In this document: piece after piece, positions 11,949 through 25,626 of the stretch | Layout of the letters: each line of letters starts with the position of its first letter | How positions within the stretch are numbered: the stretch's first letter is position 1 | Assembly (NCBI GenBank): GCA_008632985.1 | Contig: QPGO01000055.1 | Location: 287,100 to 351,099, forward strand | Length of the DNA stretch: 64,000 nucleotides | Origin: Psammoneis japonica | Lineage: Eukaryota | Direction: 5' to 3' | Notes under the pieces: model-generated | Seen by the model: the letters and a program-made list of their open reading frames with translations, nothing else | What the model was told of the DNA's origin: nothing | The model's database searches: none | Translations under genes and position numbers: made by a program

Positions 11949-14900
11949 TTGTTCATCGCCATGCATCAAGAAGCCTTGGAGAAAGCGTGCATTGAACATA
12001 AAACCAAACTCGTGGATTCTGAGCTGCAGGAAGTGAAGCTCACTCAAACCTTCGATGATGGTGCCAAACTTTCAAAAATGTGTCCTGTTTTCACAGGAGA
12101 GCATGGGATTGAATCATCATTGCACGTGGAGGATGGGTTCCGGAAGGTGGCAAGACAGCCAGATTGTGATGCCGGAACAGAGTCATTTGATGCTTTCGAG
12201 GATTGTCTCCAAGGAACTGCGGAGGCAAAATGGCAGAATGTCACCACGGGCATTCCACAGAGTCAACGGACGGCAGCTCGATTTGATCAGGCTATCTCAT
12301 CCTGCTGTCTGCACTGCGTGAAACCGACAGCTCACGACACAATGAAGATGTGCTTGCCCACTTGCAATGAGCCTTGCTCAGCGGAATCTGAAACTCACAT
12401 TGATCGCATGGAGATGTTGTTTCGTCACACTGACCGTTTGCCTGGTGCCGTTCCTGCACTCACAGAGCAGGAGCAGAAAAACATCATCTTTTGTGCCTTC
12501 CCTTTGACCTGGCAGCAGCCCCACATTTGTGCAGGCAAGAACCTTGTCACGGATTCTATGGTTGATGTCCAAGCCCACATGAGTGATGAGAAAGTGTTTG
12601 CCGACGGTCAAGACAACAAGAAACGCAAGTCCAGCAATGGCAACGGAGGAAACTCCAGTGACAAAAAGGGCAACCATGACAAGAAGGATGGCAAGGGCCA
12701 ACCGAAGGCAGGTGATCCATGTCCGGTCCCGTGGCACCATGGAAGGCATGCATTGGGCCAATGTTGTGACAATCCGAACAACCCCAACTTTCGTGGGCCT
12801 CAAAACCGTGGCGGTCGAGGAGGAGGCTGTGGCGGTGGAGGTCGAGGCGGAGGCCGTTTCCAAGGAGGCTGTGGTCAAGGCTGTGGAGGCAGTGGATGCT
12901 TTGGTGGTCATGGTGACCAGAACCAAGGAGGTTGTGGCACCTGTTGCAACAACAACAACAACAATGGAAATCAAAACAACAATGGCAACCAAGGTGGTGG
13001 TCAACATCATTGCAATGAAAACAACAACCGTGGAGGCCAAGGACAGGCCGACGGACATGCTGCTCAAGCAGACAATGTGAACAATGACAACCAGGCTCGA
13101 GAAGCTCCTTGTGGTGATGTGCGCCATTTTGACATGATCGGACGAGGCCCTCCAAGATGCGGAGGTGTGGTGAGGTTTCAGCCGGACGGGCAGTTTCCTC
13201 GGCAGTTCTGAGAAGAAGGAGCTGAATGCTCTGGAGCTGAATGCTCCCAATTGCCTGTGAGAGAAGCATTTGTTGAAGAAAATGATTGTGCTCCACCTGA
13301 ATGAAATGACGAATGTTTTGCTTTTGATTGTTTTGAAAATCCTGACGAATTGTCACCCATTGAATTTGAAAATGCTGCAGAAAATTGCATGAATGAAGAG
13401 GGGGATGTGTTTGATCAAGATGCATTTGAATGTGACACTCCTCTCCCCAAAATGAGTTCGCAAGTCTCACGTGCCGCATTGGTCCCATCTGCACCACTTG
13501 TTGCAAAATCGATCCAATGGCATGAGTCGAATCGTGTGATGCGTGTTTTGTTTGATTCGGGTGGTTCTCACACTGTGATTTCATCCCAAGTTTCACCTCG
13601 AGGAGCTGCACCATCTGTTGATGAACATGGAGTCAGAGCTTTCCAAACCGTGGCTGGTCCTTTCCAATCGGGTCGTTGGGTGGCCTTGAGCGATGTCGTG
13701 TTGCCGGAATTTGACAAAACTGGGAGGATTGACGGCTGTGTGGCTCACGCACTCGATGCTCTGTGTGCGCACGACATCATTTTGGGTCGAGACTTCTTGG
13801 ACAAGATTGGTCTCAACCTGAACTACGATGCAAGGACACTGCGATGGCCAGACCGTGTGATCCCAATGAAGGAACCTCGTCATTGGTCCAAGTCTTACAA
13901 CTGGCATGTGGCTCTAGATCGAATGGATGAATTTGATGAAGATCATGAAGACGAGTCGGACCATGGATGCGATGATGGACATGACAACTGCATGCTCGAC
14001 GCCAAGTGTGAAGCAACGGATCCAGCGGAAGTGGTTCGGAATTTAGATCATCTCACGGAAGAGCAAAAGAAGAAGCCACTGGCGGCATTGGAGAAATGTT
14101 CAACCTTGTTTGATGGAACTTTGGGGCACTGTCCTCATGAAAAGGCACACCTCGAAGTGGATGAAAATGCTGTTCCACATCACTCAAAACCGTTTCCTGT
14201 TGCTCGAGTCAATGAAGAAGCGTTCAAAAAGGAATTGAAGCATTTGGTGAATCTCAGCGCACTTCGACCATGTGGACCTACGGAATGGGCAGCCGGCACC
14301 TTCATTGCTCCGAAAAAGGACGGCCGAGTGTGATGGGCATCCGATTTTCGGGAGCTCAACAAAGTCATCAAGCGGAAGGTGCATCCTTTGCCAGTTGTTC
14401 AAGATGTGCTACAACGGAGAGCGGGCCACAAGTTCTTCACGAAATTGGATCTCACTGTGTTCTACTGCAATTTGGAATTGGACGATGAAAGCAAGGAGCT
14501 CGCTACGATTGCAACTCCGTGCGGAAAGTTCCAGTGTTGTCACATGGCTGTGGGATTGAAGCCAGCTCCAGACATTGCTCAGTCCATTGTTGAAAAGATC
14601 CTGCATGGTTTGGATGTTGAAACTTACATTGATGACATTGGCGCATTTGACGCTGACTTTGATTGCCATCTCTCTCGCCTTGACAAGGTGCCACATCGTC
14701 TCGAGGAGAATGGTTTGAAAGTCAACCCATTGAAGTGCGAGTGGTGTGTCCAAGAAACTGATTTCCTGGGGCGTTGGCTTGCTCCAACTGGAATCAAACC
14801 GTGGAAAAAGAGGGTCAAGGCGATCCTGCGAATGCAACCTCCACGGGATGCCACTCAGCTCCGGTCGTTTCTCAGTGCAGCAACCCATTGTCGCAACATG

Positions 14901-16832
14901 TGGCCTCGCCGTTCTCACCCACTTGCACCTCTGACTGAATTGACAGGCAAGAGTCAGTTCCAATGGACAGAATCATGTCAGAAAGCATTCAAGGAGATGA
15001 AGGCAGTGATTGCGGCGGAAGCTTTGATGGCCTGTCCTAACCACAACCTGCCATTCCATGTCCACACCGATGCATCAGACTGCCAGATGGGCACCGCCAT
15101 CATTCAAGATGGCAAACCTGTGGCGCATTGGTCTAAGAAGCTCTCGGCAGCTCAACGCAACCACTCAACAATGGAAAAAGAACTCCTAGCCGTCGTCATG
15201 TGCTTCAAGGAATTTCGCTCCATGTTGCTCAGTGCTGATGTTGCTGTTCACACTGATCACAAAAATCTCACCTTTTGCACTTTGAATGCGCAGCGCGTCC
15301 TTCGTTGGCGACTGTTCCTTGAAGATTTCGCGCCTGCCTTTAAGCATGTCGAAGGCAAGGACAACATGCTCGCCGATTGTTTTTCTTGACTCCCACGCAT
15401 GGATCCGCCTTCAGAGGGGAAGAGCCTTGGGCCAAGTGGCAGCAAACGCAAAGGAAAAATTGTTCATTTTGAAAAGTTGGATTCCAAGGAACTGAGCAAA
15501 GCTGAGGAAGAGGAAGATTTGGAGTTGGGCGCTTGCAGGTTCAAGTGTTGCCGTGCTCCGGTTGATCCTTCTGATGAGTCTCACGCCGCCTTTTCCTCTC
15601 TGCTTGATGAGCCTGAATTGTTTGAATGCTTTTTGAATTACCCAACGCTGGATGAAATGCCGAATCCTGCTGAGATGCTGAGGACACAACAGTTCCAGTT
15701 CGAAGATCTCCAACTGAATCAGCAAAGACAACAAAATCCGCAGCAGTTCGTGGTCAAGATTGTGAATCATCGTCCCTTGATTTGTTGTCGTTTGCATCTG
15801 AATGATCCGCCTGGAGCCTGGAAAATTTGCACTCCTGCTGCATTGTTGCTGGGTGCCATTGCATGGCACCATCGTGCATTGGGCCATTGTGGAGTCGTGC
15901 GATTGCATGAAAGTGTTCGGACTCACATGCATCATCCTGCATTGCGTCGACGTTGTAATGAATTTGTTTGCGATGTGTGTCAATGATTTAAACAACTGGG
16001 TCCTGGACATGGAGAATTACCTCAATGTCAAGCACCTTTGGCTCCGTGGACAGAAGCAGTGGTTGATCTCATTGGACCGTGGAAAACACCGATTCAAGAC
16101 CAAGAGATTGAATTCAGCGCTCTCACTTGTGTTGACACTGTCACTGGATTGACTGAACTCGTGCGCATTGATGACAAAACTTCTCAGCATGTGACTGACA
16201 AGTTTCGCAATCTTTGGTTGGCTCGCCACCCCAGACCAAATGGATGCATCCATGACAATGGCAGAGAACTCATTGGTTGGGAATTCCAGATGCCACCAAA
16301 TCAAGCAGGTGTTGCTGATGCGCCGACGACATCTCGAAATCCTGCAGCCAACTCCATTTGTGAACGAATGCACCAGACGGCAGCTGACATCTCATGCACT
16401 GTGGTTGTCGCCAACCCACCTTTAAATGTTCAACAGGCCAAGCAGATTGTGGACGATGCCCTTGCTGCAGCCTCTCATGCTTTGCGATGCTCCCACTCAA
16501 GGTCTGTGGGTGTTTCAAGTGGAGCTCTGGTGTTTCAACGTGATGTGATTTTGGACTTGCCAGTTGTCTCCAACCTTGCTGCGACACAAGCCAACCGACA
16601 AGTGTTGATCGACGAGAATCTGCGACGACAGAATGCGCAGCACCATTCCTGCGATTGTCCAGTTGGTCAAGATGCATTGACCAAGTCGGTGGATCCTTCA
16701 AAGTTGGAAGAACGAGCCTGTGGTCCATTTCGAATTGCACAAGTCCACGCCAACGGGACTGTCTCGGCACTGCGAGCACCACACGTCATTGAGCAAATTG
16801 ACATTCGCCGCGTGGTGCCGCATCAGAGTTGA
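11949..16832 (+). pseudogene. Gypsy gag-pol in a single reading frame, interrupted only by TGA stops
   Basis: ORFs starting 11949, 13350, 14379, 15399 and 16038 share one frame; LFDSGGS (protease), YIDD (RT), TDAS/EKELL/TDHKNL (RNase H), HHCC and DLIGPW..HDNG..ICERMH (integrase). Confidence 0.93.
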
Positions 16833-16940
16833 GGGTTTCTTCCCAACGTCTGGGTTCCCTTCTCCGTGCGCATTGGGGTTTGAATTTTGGTCGAGTGGCT
16901 CCAATGGTGCACGTGTTCCTTGCACCATGGAGGGGAAGAG

Positions 16941-17122
16941 TGAATGAGACAGGCACACGCACTTTATGACCAAGTGTGCCCTCTCTGATGTGCGCACATT
17001 GGCCAACGTGTCAGATGTTCAGGAAGCCATTAGAAGTCAGTTCCAATCAGCGATTGCGCTGATCGGGTCTCTTCTCGGTTCTCCCACAACTTTTGTCAAG
17101 TCATCTCAAGCCAGATCTTGCA
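16941..17122 (+). repeat. Gypsy 3' LTR
   Basis: Follows PPT, ends CA, followed by TSD AGAGG. Confidence 0.95.
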
Positions 17123-17672
17123 AGAGGTGCTTTGGCACAAACAGCCCCTGTTTCATGGCATCCTGCCCGCGCTGTTCGTTCTTGCCAAGGAACAACAGAA
17201 CAAGTGGGCTTCCCAATGTCTTCGGCAATGTCTCTTGATGCTCCAAGTCAGCAGCAAGTGCGAGCAGAAAAGAAGATGATGCATGGATCCGTTTTAGAGG
17301 ACTGATGTCAGGCTCGAATCATTGCTGCCGAAAGACATTTCAGCATGCAGACAGGTGCAGTCACCAAAAAATCAGTGACCGCTCCACGCTGGCACTGCTC
17401 TGGGAAGTGGCAGTTGTTCTCTTCGCCTTGTGGGCCGAAAGTGACTCACAAAATCTCAGTTTGCTGCAGTGCTCTGAGTTCTGAGACACGCACAATGGGG
17501 TGCTTGTCTGCCGTTTTGCTGGGTGCGCTTCTCAGTGCTGCACTCAGTTCTGTCAATTCATCCTCTCTTCGAGGAATCATCCCATCCACCGCCAATGACA
17601 GGGTCCTTGCGGCGACAGATGAAGCTCACTTCCGATGCACTCTCGACTTGGTTGAAGAAGTGGAGATGGGAG

Positions 17673-18119
17673 CGCAGCATGCATGCAGACAAAAGGTCAT
17701 TTTTGTCATGCCCTTTGTGACATTTAAAGGCTGTGACACGTCGCCGTGACACATTGGCTCTCATTGGCAGCTGTGTGTTGCACTCCTCCCCATGTGTCAC
17801 GCGTCCATGCGGCTCTTTGCTAACGTGTGCTGACACTGCACGGTTTTGGCGGAACAGTGTGGGCATGCACGAAGGAACGTGCAGAACTGCACAGAGTTTC
17901 ACACGTTCGACAGTGATCAACGTTGCTGCAGACAACTCCCACTCAGGGTTTCGAACCCCTGGCCTCCTGCCCAATGGTTGCGATGAACCACTCCGCCATG
18001 AATTCACAGTGCAGCATGCATGCAGACAAAAGGTCATTTTTGTCACGCCCTTTGTGACATTTAAAGGCTGCAACACGTCGCCGTGACACATTGACTCTTG
18101 TTGGCAGCTGCATGTTGCA
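17673..18119 (-). mobile_element. TRIM (miniature non-coding LTR retroelement), copy 1
   Basis: 110-bp terminal repeats 17673-17782 and 18010-18119, PPT GGGGAGGAG on minus, 4-bp TSD GGAG; empty site visible in the paralogue at ~29766. Confidence 0.92.
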
Positions 18120-18977
18120 GGAGGCCCGCATGACAATGACAACGGGCCATCAGAGGAAACAGTGACATGCGTCAAAACTTCAACGGTTGCACACATGGAC
18201 AAAATTGCCGAGATGTTTGTCAACGAGATGGAAGGTTGCACACCAACTGGTGGGGAACATTGGGCAGATTCAGCGATGTATGCCCAAGGTGACGAGGAAA
18301 TCAAAACGACCATCAAGACAGACATTTTCGCCAAGCCAAAGGTCTTCATTGGAGGGGTTTTAAGTGAAAGAAGAAACATCGACCCAAATCAGCACCCCAC
18401 TTTAGGAGGCCATCGTGCTCGGAAGCTGTGGATGACTGCAGCCGGCAATGAAACCAAACAAGAGGCAGGTCACGCTGAAGCGCACACAAGTGCAAAAAAA
18501 GACTTCTGCGTCAGCGCAAGAGAATGAGGGTTCCTTCATTTCTTGGGACATTCATCGCCAAATGCAGAACAAGAAGAAAAACAGGAAGAAGAAGAAAAGA
18601 AACAAGAGGCAAATGTTTTCTCTGAACAACAAGGTCCACTGTGAGCCATGTCTTTCAGACAACTTGGATGGGGGCAGGCTTCGGAGGCTTCATGCTCTGG
18701 CTGCCATCAGCTCTTTTGAGCCCAACTTTGAAGTCTGGATGAATGATCGCATTCGCGAAGAGATCATCAAGGACTGTGCGGAGATTGCAGTCACAAGCAC
18801 AACGTTCTCGAGGATTGAGAAAGGAAACGCGACACACACAAGCGGTCCATCTCCACCTCTTCCAGGTTGGGAACAGCTGCTGGCAGAGGATGGAGACGAT
18901 GGGCGTCCACCAGATCCAGGGGCAGACGGTGGCACTCATCCAGACGGTGGGCCTCCATCAGATCCAGGCGCGGATGG

Positions 18978-19172
18978 TGACAGAATGCTGAAGGTCGACA
19001 GCGACAGAGGTGTGAAAGACTCCCTGAAGCACCAGGACTGTGATGATGCGAGCACCAGCAGATGAGAAAAGTGAGAAGCAGATCTCAGAGAGATCTGCTC
19101 GTCTGTCCAAATGGTCTGGCCATCATCCGCATCCAGTCTGTCCATCCTGCGACAGGTGCAGACAGGCTGACA
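18978..19172 (-). repeat. Copia 3' LTR
   Basis: Ungapped match to 27761-27955; 15 differences, 14 of them transitions. Confidence 0.95.
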
Positions 19173-20636
19173 CCCTCCCCTGATCTGTGGTGTCTCAACT
19201 TAGAGAACAGTGCAGACCAAACCAAAGAACAGGGACAATGTGAGGAAAAAACAGAGAGACCAGACACAGGACACGACAAGTGTCCATGCCCAATGCGCAA
19301 TCAATCAAGGGGGCAATTCGCAGCGGGGAGGCCACCGTGGAAAAAAATGTCAACAGCAGTGTCCCATCATGTGTTGAGCATGGCGAGCGTGCAGTGCCCA
19401 GCCAAGAGCCTTGGCAAGGTCATCGCTGGGGTTGACAATGCCAGGGATGTGTCTTGCGACAATCTTGCCCGCTTCCTTCCATTCTTGGATCGCAAACAAC
19501 TGGATCTCAATGTGACGGGAGTGCTCGGTCAGAATCGAGTGATTGATGATCTTGATCGCCGATTTGTTGTCAATGTGTGATGGGGTTGGCTTCGTCTGAG
19601 GGAAGCCCAGGTCTTGTAGAACGTGACGAAGGTGTGGGACATGCTTGGCAGCAGTTCCAGCAGCACAAAATTCAGCTTCCGTAGAGCTTGCAGCGGTCAC
19701 CGATTGGGTCTTGCACCAAAAAGACACAGCAGCACCAGCTGACATGCAAGCACAGCCAGTCGTAGAACGATGGTTGCAGAGGTCATTGCCACAAGCAGCA
19801 TCCAAGAAAGCAACGAGTTGATGATCACATGCAGGATGAGGGAACGATGGTGAGGTCGGGTCCGGAGTGAGACGTTCGAAGGGGCAGGCAGGTGGTTTTG
19901 AGTCTCGGGCAGGCTTCTTGCAGTTCAGCTCCCAATGCTTGGTGCGTCGAAGGCACTTGCACATTCCTTTGAGTGTGTCACAGTGGACCATGGCAGGACA
20001 GGTCGAGAACTTGGAGAGAGCAGTGACAGCACACCCAATGTCCAGTCGACAGACAACGTGCGCATGCAACAATTCGCCAAGAAGAGTTCGGCAGCCAAAA
20101 CCAGCAGCTTGTTGCAGCTCCGCATGCTCCGGGGTTCCTTCAGCTGGGCCAACAGCAGTGCACAGTTCGCGAACAGAGTCAACAGGGAGTGGCGCAGCCT
20201 TGCAGTCGTCGTCGAGTTCCTCGTCCGTCGGTGTCGACCAACCATGCGAGGCACAAACCCAATCTGCACAGCTGTGAACAGCAACACCAATGGAGTCATC
20301 ACATTGATGGACATCCACACCATTGAATTCTTCAATCATGCCAAGACACTTGAACGGCGGAGAGGTTTCCAATTCCAACTGGAGAGCTTTGCCAATCTTG
20401 TCGTAGATCTTGATCGCAATGGACTCTTCAGGACAAGCGAGAGAGAAATCATCAACCTGGCAGAGGAGCAAGATCTTGTGTCCCTCAAAAGTGGCAGAGC
20501 AGATGCATTTGTCATGAGCAGTGTTGCGAAAAAGCAGGTTCACATCAGACAAAAACCGTCGATGTGCGTCTCCCAGAGCACGCCGGCTTCTGGGTGTCCT
20601 TGGAGTGCATGTTGCATCGGAAGTGCCGTGCTCCTG

Positions 20637-21070
20637 TGCAACATGCAGCCACCAATGAGAGTCAATGTATCACGGCGACGTGTTGCAGCCTTTAAATGTC
20701 ACAAAGGGCGTGACAACAACCTTTTGTCTGCATGCATGCCACATTGTGAATTCACAGCGGAGTGGCACATCGCAACCACCAGGCAGGAGGCCAGGGGTTC
20801 GAAACCCGAGTGGGAGTTGTCTGCAGCAACGTTGATCACTGTCGAACGCGCAAAACTCTGTGCAGTTCTGTGTGTTCCTTCGTACGTGCCCACACTGTTC
20901 CGCCAAAACCGTGCAGTGTCAGCACACGTGAGCGCAGGTCGCGTGACACATGGGGAGGAGTGCAACACACAGCCACTGACAAGAGTTGATGTGTCACGGC
21001 GACGTGTTGCAGCCTTTAAATGTCACAAAGGGCGTGACAAAAACAACCTTTTGTCTGCATGCATGCCACA
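20637..21070 (+). mobile_element. TRIM copy 2, inserted in the Copia RT
   Basis: Terminal repeats 20637-20743 and 20961-21070, PPT GGGGAGGAG, 4-bp TSD CCTG; homologous to 17673-18119 in opposite orientation. Confidence 0.92.
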
Positions 21071-24000
21071 CCTGTCCAAGTCAATGCCAAATCGAGCCTT
21101 GTGCCAGGTCGCGCATGCCTCGTCTGTGGCAACACACACGGGATGTGATGGTCGTGGAGAGTGTGCACAGGCATCACAAACATCCCCGCCAAAGACAGGA
21201 CAGCTCAGGGTCGCAGCAAGGGCAAAAAACATGCGTTGGACAGGTTGCTCGACACAGGATGAGTGCGTCGAGCAGAGACAATGTAGTGTCGACGCAGCAC
21301 GGGGAGATCCATCGCAGCACTGTCGAGAGCGCCGTGTGCCATCATGCTTGAGGTCACATTGCCAATGCGGATGAAGCACGACAGCATCCTTGGGTCGTTC
21401 AATCGGTGCGCCAAACATCCCCAACTCATGGAACTGGTCAAGTTGTTTGAACTCACCTGCGTGCCATTTGGGCCACGTGTCCAACTTCTTGAGACGATGG
21501 CAGGTGAAAGTGCCCAAGGCTTGTTCCTCTGGAGTGACAGCGTGAGATGATGTGGCACAGATGTTGACTGTGCCATTGTCATGGTCGACAAAGAACGGCG
21601 GAGGGACATCGTCATCGTCCGTTTGGAGAAATCAATGTCGGGATGGCGGATGGCAGCAACAGCACGCACGTCGGCGTTGGTGATTTCCGGAACATGCTCA
21701 TCATCAGGATCAGGAGTCGGTGCACATGTGTTGTGTTCCATCAGAGCACGTTGTAGAGCTTGAGAGTCCAGGCGACGTTCCGGCACGAACTCAATTTCAA
21801 AATGAGTCTTGCCAGAATCATGGACTTGCTGAAAACGTTTGACAGCCTCCTCTGCCGTGAAGATGGGATGATCATTGATCGACAAGATGTGCACACCCTT
21901 GATCTTGTCACGGGTGGCCTTCAAAGAAGAGAAAAGACGTGCAGCAGGAGAACCACGCTCAATGTCAGAAACAAATGCTTGCCGACAGAGATCGTCCGTA
22001 GCCAAGGAAAGTCCAAATGTGGGATCAGCAAATGGTCCCTTCATCGCACGCTCAATGGTCTTGGCAAAAGGATTCCCATGAAAGTGAAATTCATCCATCA
22101 TGGTTTCTTCAGTCTCGGCAGGTAAAGCCTTGCCATCTTGAGTGCACCGCAAGTGAACCACATTCGGCGGAAGAGAGTCGTGGGGAAGATCATTCATGCC
22201 CTCATCACAGCGGATGTGCTTGGCAAGCTTGACACGCGATGTCTCAGCATCACACCCAAGAATGTTCTTGGCAGTGTCCAGAAGATGGCCTGAGAACATT
22301 CCCTTGCAAGAGACAGACCAAAATTTTGCTGGGCGGTGATTCGACGCATGCACCCACACTCGACAACCAAATGTGCGAAAGTTCTTGAAATCATCCTTCC
22401 GACCAGTGGCGAGAGCAATCGGAGCAGCAGGTTGTCCGCGGGATGGCATGGCATTGTTGATTTGAATGAAATGATGAAAAGCACAGGGCCAGAATTTTGT
22501 GGGCAAATCGGCACCGATTGGCATCGCCCGGATGGCGTCAGCAACAGACAAATGACTGCGCTCCACTGGGCCACTCTGATTTGAAGCATCTTTTCCCACA
22601 GGACGAATTGCATGATGAAAGTCATCCTCGAAGAGTTGCCGAACTTCTGGGTTTTGACACAATTCACCTCCTTGATCCATGAATGCATGTTCATCTGGAT
22701 GATTTGGCGAGTGCTCTTCCAGAAAGTGGCAAAGCCAATTCAAAGGGGTTGCCTTGGAGACACGAGTCGCACCATGGAGACGCTTCATTTTATGATCATA
22801 AACGGCAATCCAACAAGTCTCGCCATTCAATCCAACACAGTCCTTGGTGCGCTCCGAGCACTTGGAGCGTAGGCCAGAGAAGGAAAAATCAATCGTAAGG
22901 CCTTGGCAGGGTTGGGTGGCAGTGAGAGCAGTGTTCGGACCGGCAGGTTCCTTCGTCTGCTTTGCTCGCATGCATGTGGGACAAGTGTCGAGGGGAGAGG
23001 TTCCGTGAGCAAACTTGGGGACGCCGTCAACGTGTTTGTGGGCATTGCAAAGGCACTGATCACTCGGATGACCAAGTCGCTGATGCCACAAAAGACGTTC
23101 CATGTCGGCCTTGAGAGACTGGACAGGAATGTTCTTCTCAGCATGCTTCTCGAAAGGAATGTCTTGACAGACACGGGGGATCAACTTGCGTTCATCACGA
23201 AGAGCTTCATGTTGGTGGGCACGACAAGTCTCAATCACACACGCAGAGACCGCTTCACACTCATCGGCAAAAGAAGGATCACTGGTCTTGATGCGCTCGA
23301 CAGATGCATCCAGTTCGTCGTTAGATTCCGGGAGAATGAGAGGGTGAGCAAAACATTTTCCATTGATCAATTTCCCATGAACAACAACATCCTGACTCTT
23401 GCGTGATCGGTGTCATGCAACAAACTTGCAGGTGCCGAGATCATGGAACTTGAGAATGCAGTCGACATTGCAATCTGCGCGATGAGCACCATTTTGACGG
23501 AGCAGCAGTCGCTCATTGACCAACGTAGATTGGATCTGCGGGTGACAGCATGTACGAACCTCAACACATCCGGCAGAGTTCTCTGCAGGAATCCGCTGGC
23601 ATCCAAAACCAACTGGGACAGCTTGATGGCCAAGGGCGGGATTGACAGCAAGGGGACAGGGATGAGACGGAGTGAATTCTTGGTGTCAATGGAGGAGGTC
23701 ACGGTCGCCTGTGCACACAATGTCAGCACCTGTGTTGAGTTGAGCGCAACATTCATTCAGAGCAAAATTGACCCCATGGACAGAGCAAGCAGAGCGCAGT
23801 GGTTCTGGTTCAGGAGAGTGAGTCACTTGGCATGGATCAATCGGAGCAACTCAAACAGAATTGACTGCAGCAAAACCATCTTCAACGGCCATGTCATCGT
23901 AGGTGAGATCAATGTGTTCCTCAAAATCTGGTGTTTCTGAGGCTTCCCTCCCCTGCTCCAAAGGATCCGGAGCAGGAGCAGCATCGACGGTGTCTTCTTG

Positions 24001-24803
24001 AGGAGCAGGGTCATCGTCTGGCAATTTGCCAGTGTCGAATGATGCCTTCTTGGCAGTGGCAGGGGTGGTGTCCACATCAATCTGCGGAGAAAGAGGCATT
24101 TCAGCGGCAGATGACGAGACGGTTGGTCCCTCTTTCAAGGTCATCCCGCTGACATCAGTCGTGTCTCGGTGAGGAGAAAACGGGCAGCATCGGAGATCCG
24201 AAACAAGCTGCGACGGCCCGATTGAAAATCCGAGGGCAGAGCACCAGATTTGGTCAAATTTTCAGGGTTTTCATGATGAGGGGGGAGCAGGCCTTGGGGT
24301 CCTTGGAACTCAGAAGCACGCACAGCTGCCTCCCTCTTCAAGAATTGGCAAAAGCGGATGTGGAATCCCTTGATGTGCGGATTGTTCTTCAAGACTGGAC
24401 AGTCGTCAAACAAGTGTTCACCGGAGCAGACGAGACATGGTTTCTTGGAAGCTTCAGTCGGAGTGACACTCAGCTTGTAAACTGAAGCCGAGCAGACATG
24501 GTGAAGGAGTCGATCTTCATCCGTGGAGGGGAACTCGAGTCCATGTAACTCGTCGCAAAGAGTGTCGAAGGCATCCAAAGACAGAGATTCCGCACCAGTG
24601 TCTTCAACAGCAGAGTCATCGACTGGTTCAAGTGGAGGGATCTCGGGGACCTGGAGAGCATTGACATCAACAGTCATGCATCGTGTTTCCTCATTGGTGC
24701 GACTCCATTTACGGCAGGGATTGGATGGCGTCATACGGGTGTCAAGGGATGGACCATCTGGTTGGCGGAGGAAATCAGAGAGAGTCTCAACAATCTGTGC
24801 ATC

Positions 24804-25197
24804 GACGCGTTCCAGCCCCAGGTGGGAGCTCGCAGCACTGACGTGTGACAACAACAATTTTTGTCATCCGTCGCATGTTTCGTGCGCAGATTTCTACGTG
24901 TGACATTTAAAAAAAATTGTCCAGACTCGCTGTTTTGCGAAGCCCCAGATGTTTTGCATGACAAATTCACAGAAACAACAATGCGCCAGTTGCATTCTTC
25001 AATGTCTGAAGAATGTAACTGGCCAAGTAAAAATGATGTGCTTCAATCATGTGCGAGTTTGTGCATTCGCAAAATTGCCTCATTTTCTGTTGGCGATCAT
25101 TGACATTTAAATTGCCGCACAATTTTGCTGCGGAGCTCGCACGCAGAAGTCACAGGCCCAATGTCACACGGATTCCCACCTGCGTCTGGAACACGTC
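24804..25197. mobile_element. MITE with GAC...GTC TIRs and 4-bp TSD (family copy 1), in Copia gag
   Basis: GACGCGTTCCAG-n5-GGTGGGA ... TCCCACC-n5-CTGGAACACGTC; TSD CATC; removal restores KKHTDAQIVETL on minus. Confidence 0.9.
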
Positions 25198-25626
25198 CAT
25201 CAGTGTGCTTCTTCTGCACAGCTGGAGACTTCCGTTCATCTCTGGTGGCACAAGATAAGAACTTGGAGCACTCAGCTTCTTGACAAAGATGGCCATCTCT
25301 CGTGGATCACTCAACATAGAGTCCGCATCAAAGATGCAGGCACGCAGCTGCAGGGAATCATTGGAAATCATGTGGCAGTCCATCAATGATTGATTGCCTT
25401 GGGTGGGATGGGAACCAACCAGTCCTGCAGCATCATGGTCAAAAGCAGGGTGATTCTCGCAGATGATCTGCTTGAGAGCCTTGCATCCGTTGCCGCAGCA
25501 TGATGCAACAATCCGATGACACTTGCTGTTCTTGGGGAACATGTCCGACTTGGATGGGATCTTGTGGAGAGAGCTCTGGGCTTCCTTGCAGTGGACGTAC
25601 ATGTGCTGGAGCAAGTCGTCATCTTT

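Larger units (their letters stand above)
11454..17122 (+). mobile_element. Full-length Ty3/Gypsy LTR retrotransposon, hypermutated
   Basis: 182-bp TG...CA LTRs, 5-bp TSD AGAGG (11449-11453 / 17123-17127), PPT GGAGGGGAAGAG (16929-16940), gag-PR-RT-RH-INT order. Confidence 0.97.

Noticed and set aside
11949..16832. Alternative genetic code or ADAR-type RNA editing of the retroelement
   Set aside because: Neighbouring host genes use Tyr normally; changes occur on both strands, differ between paired LTRs and also affect DNA MITEs.
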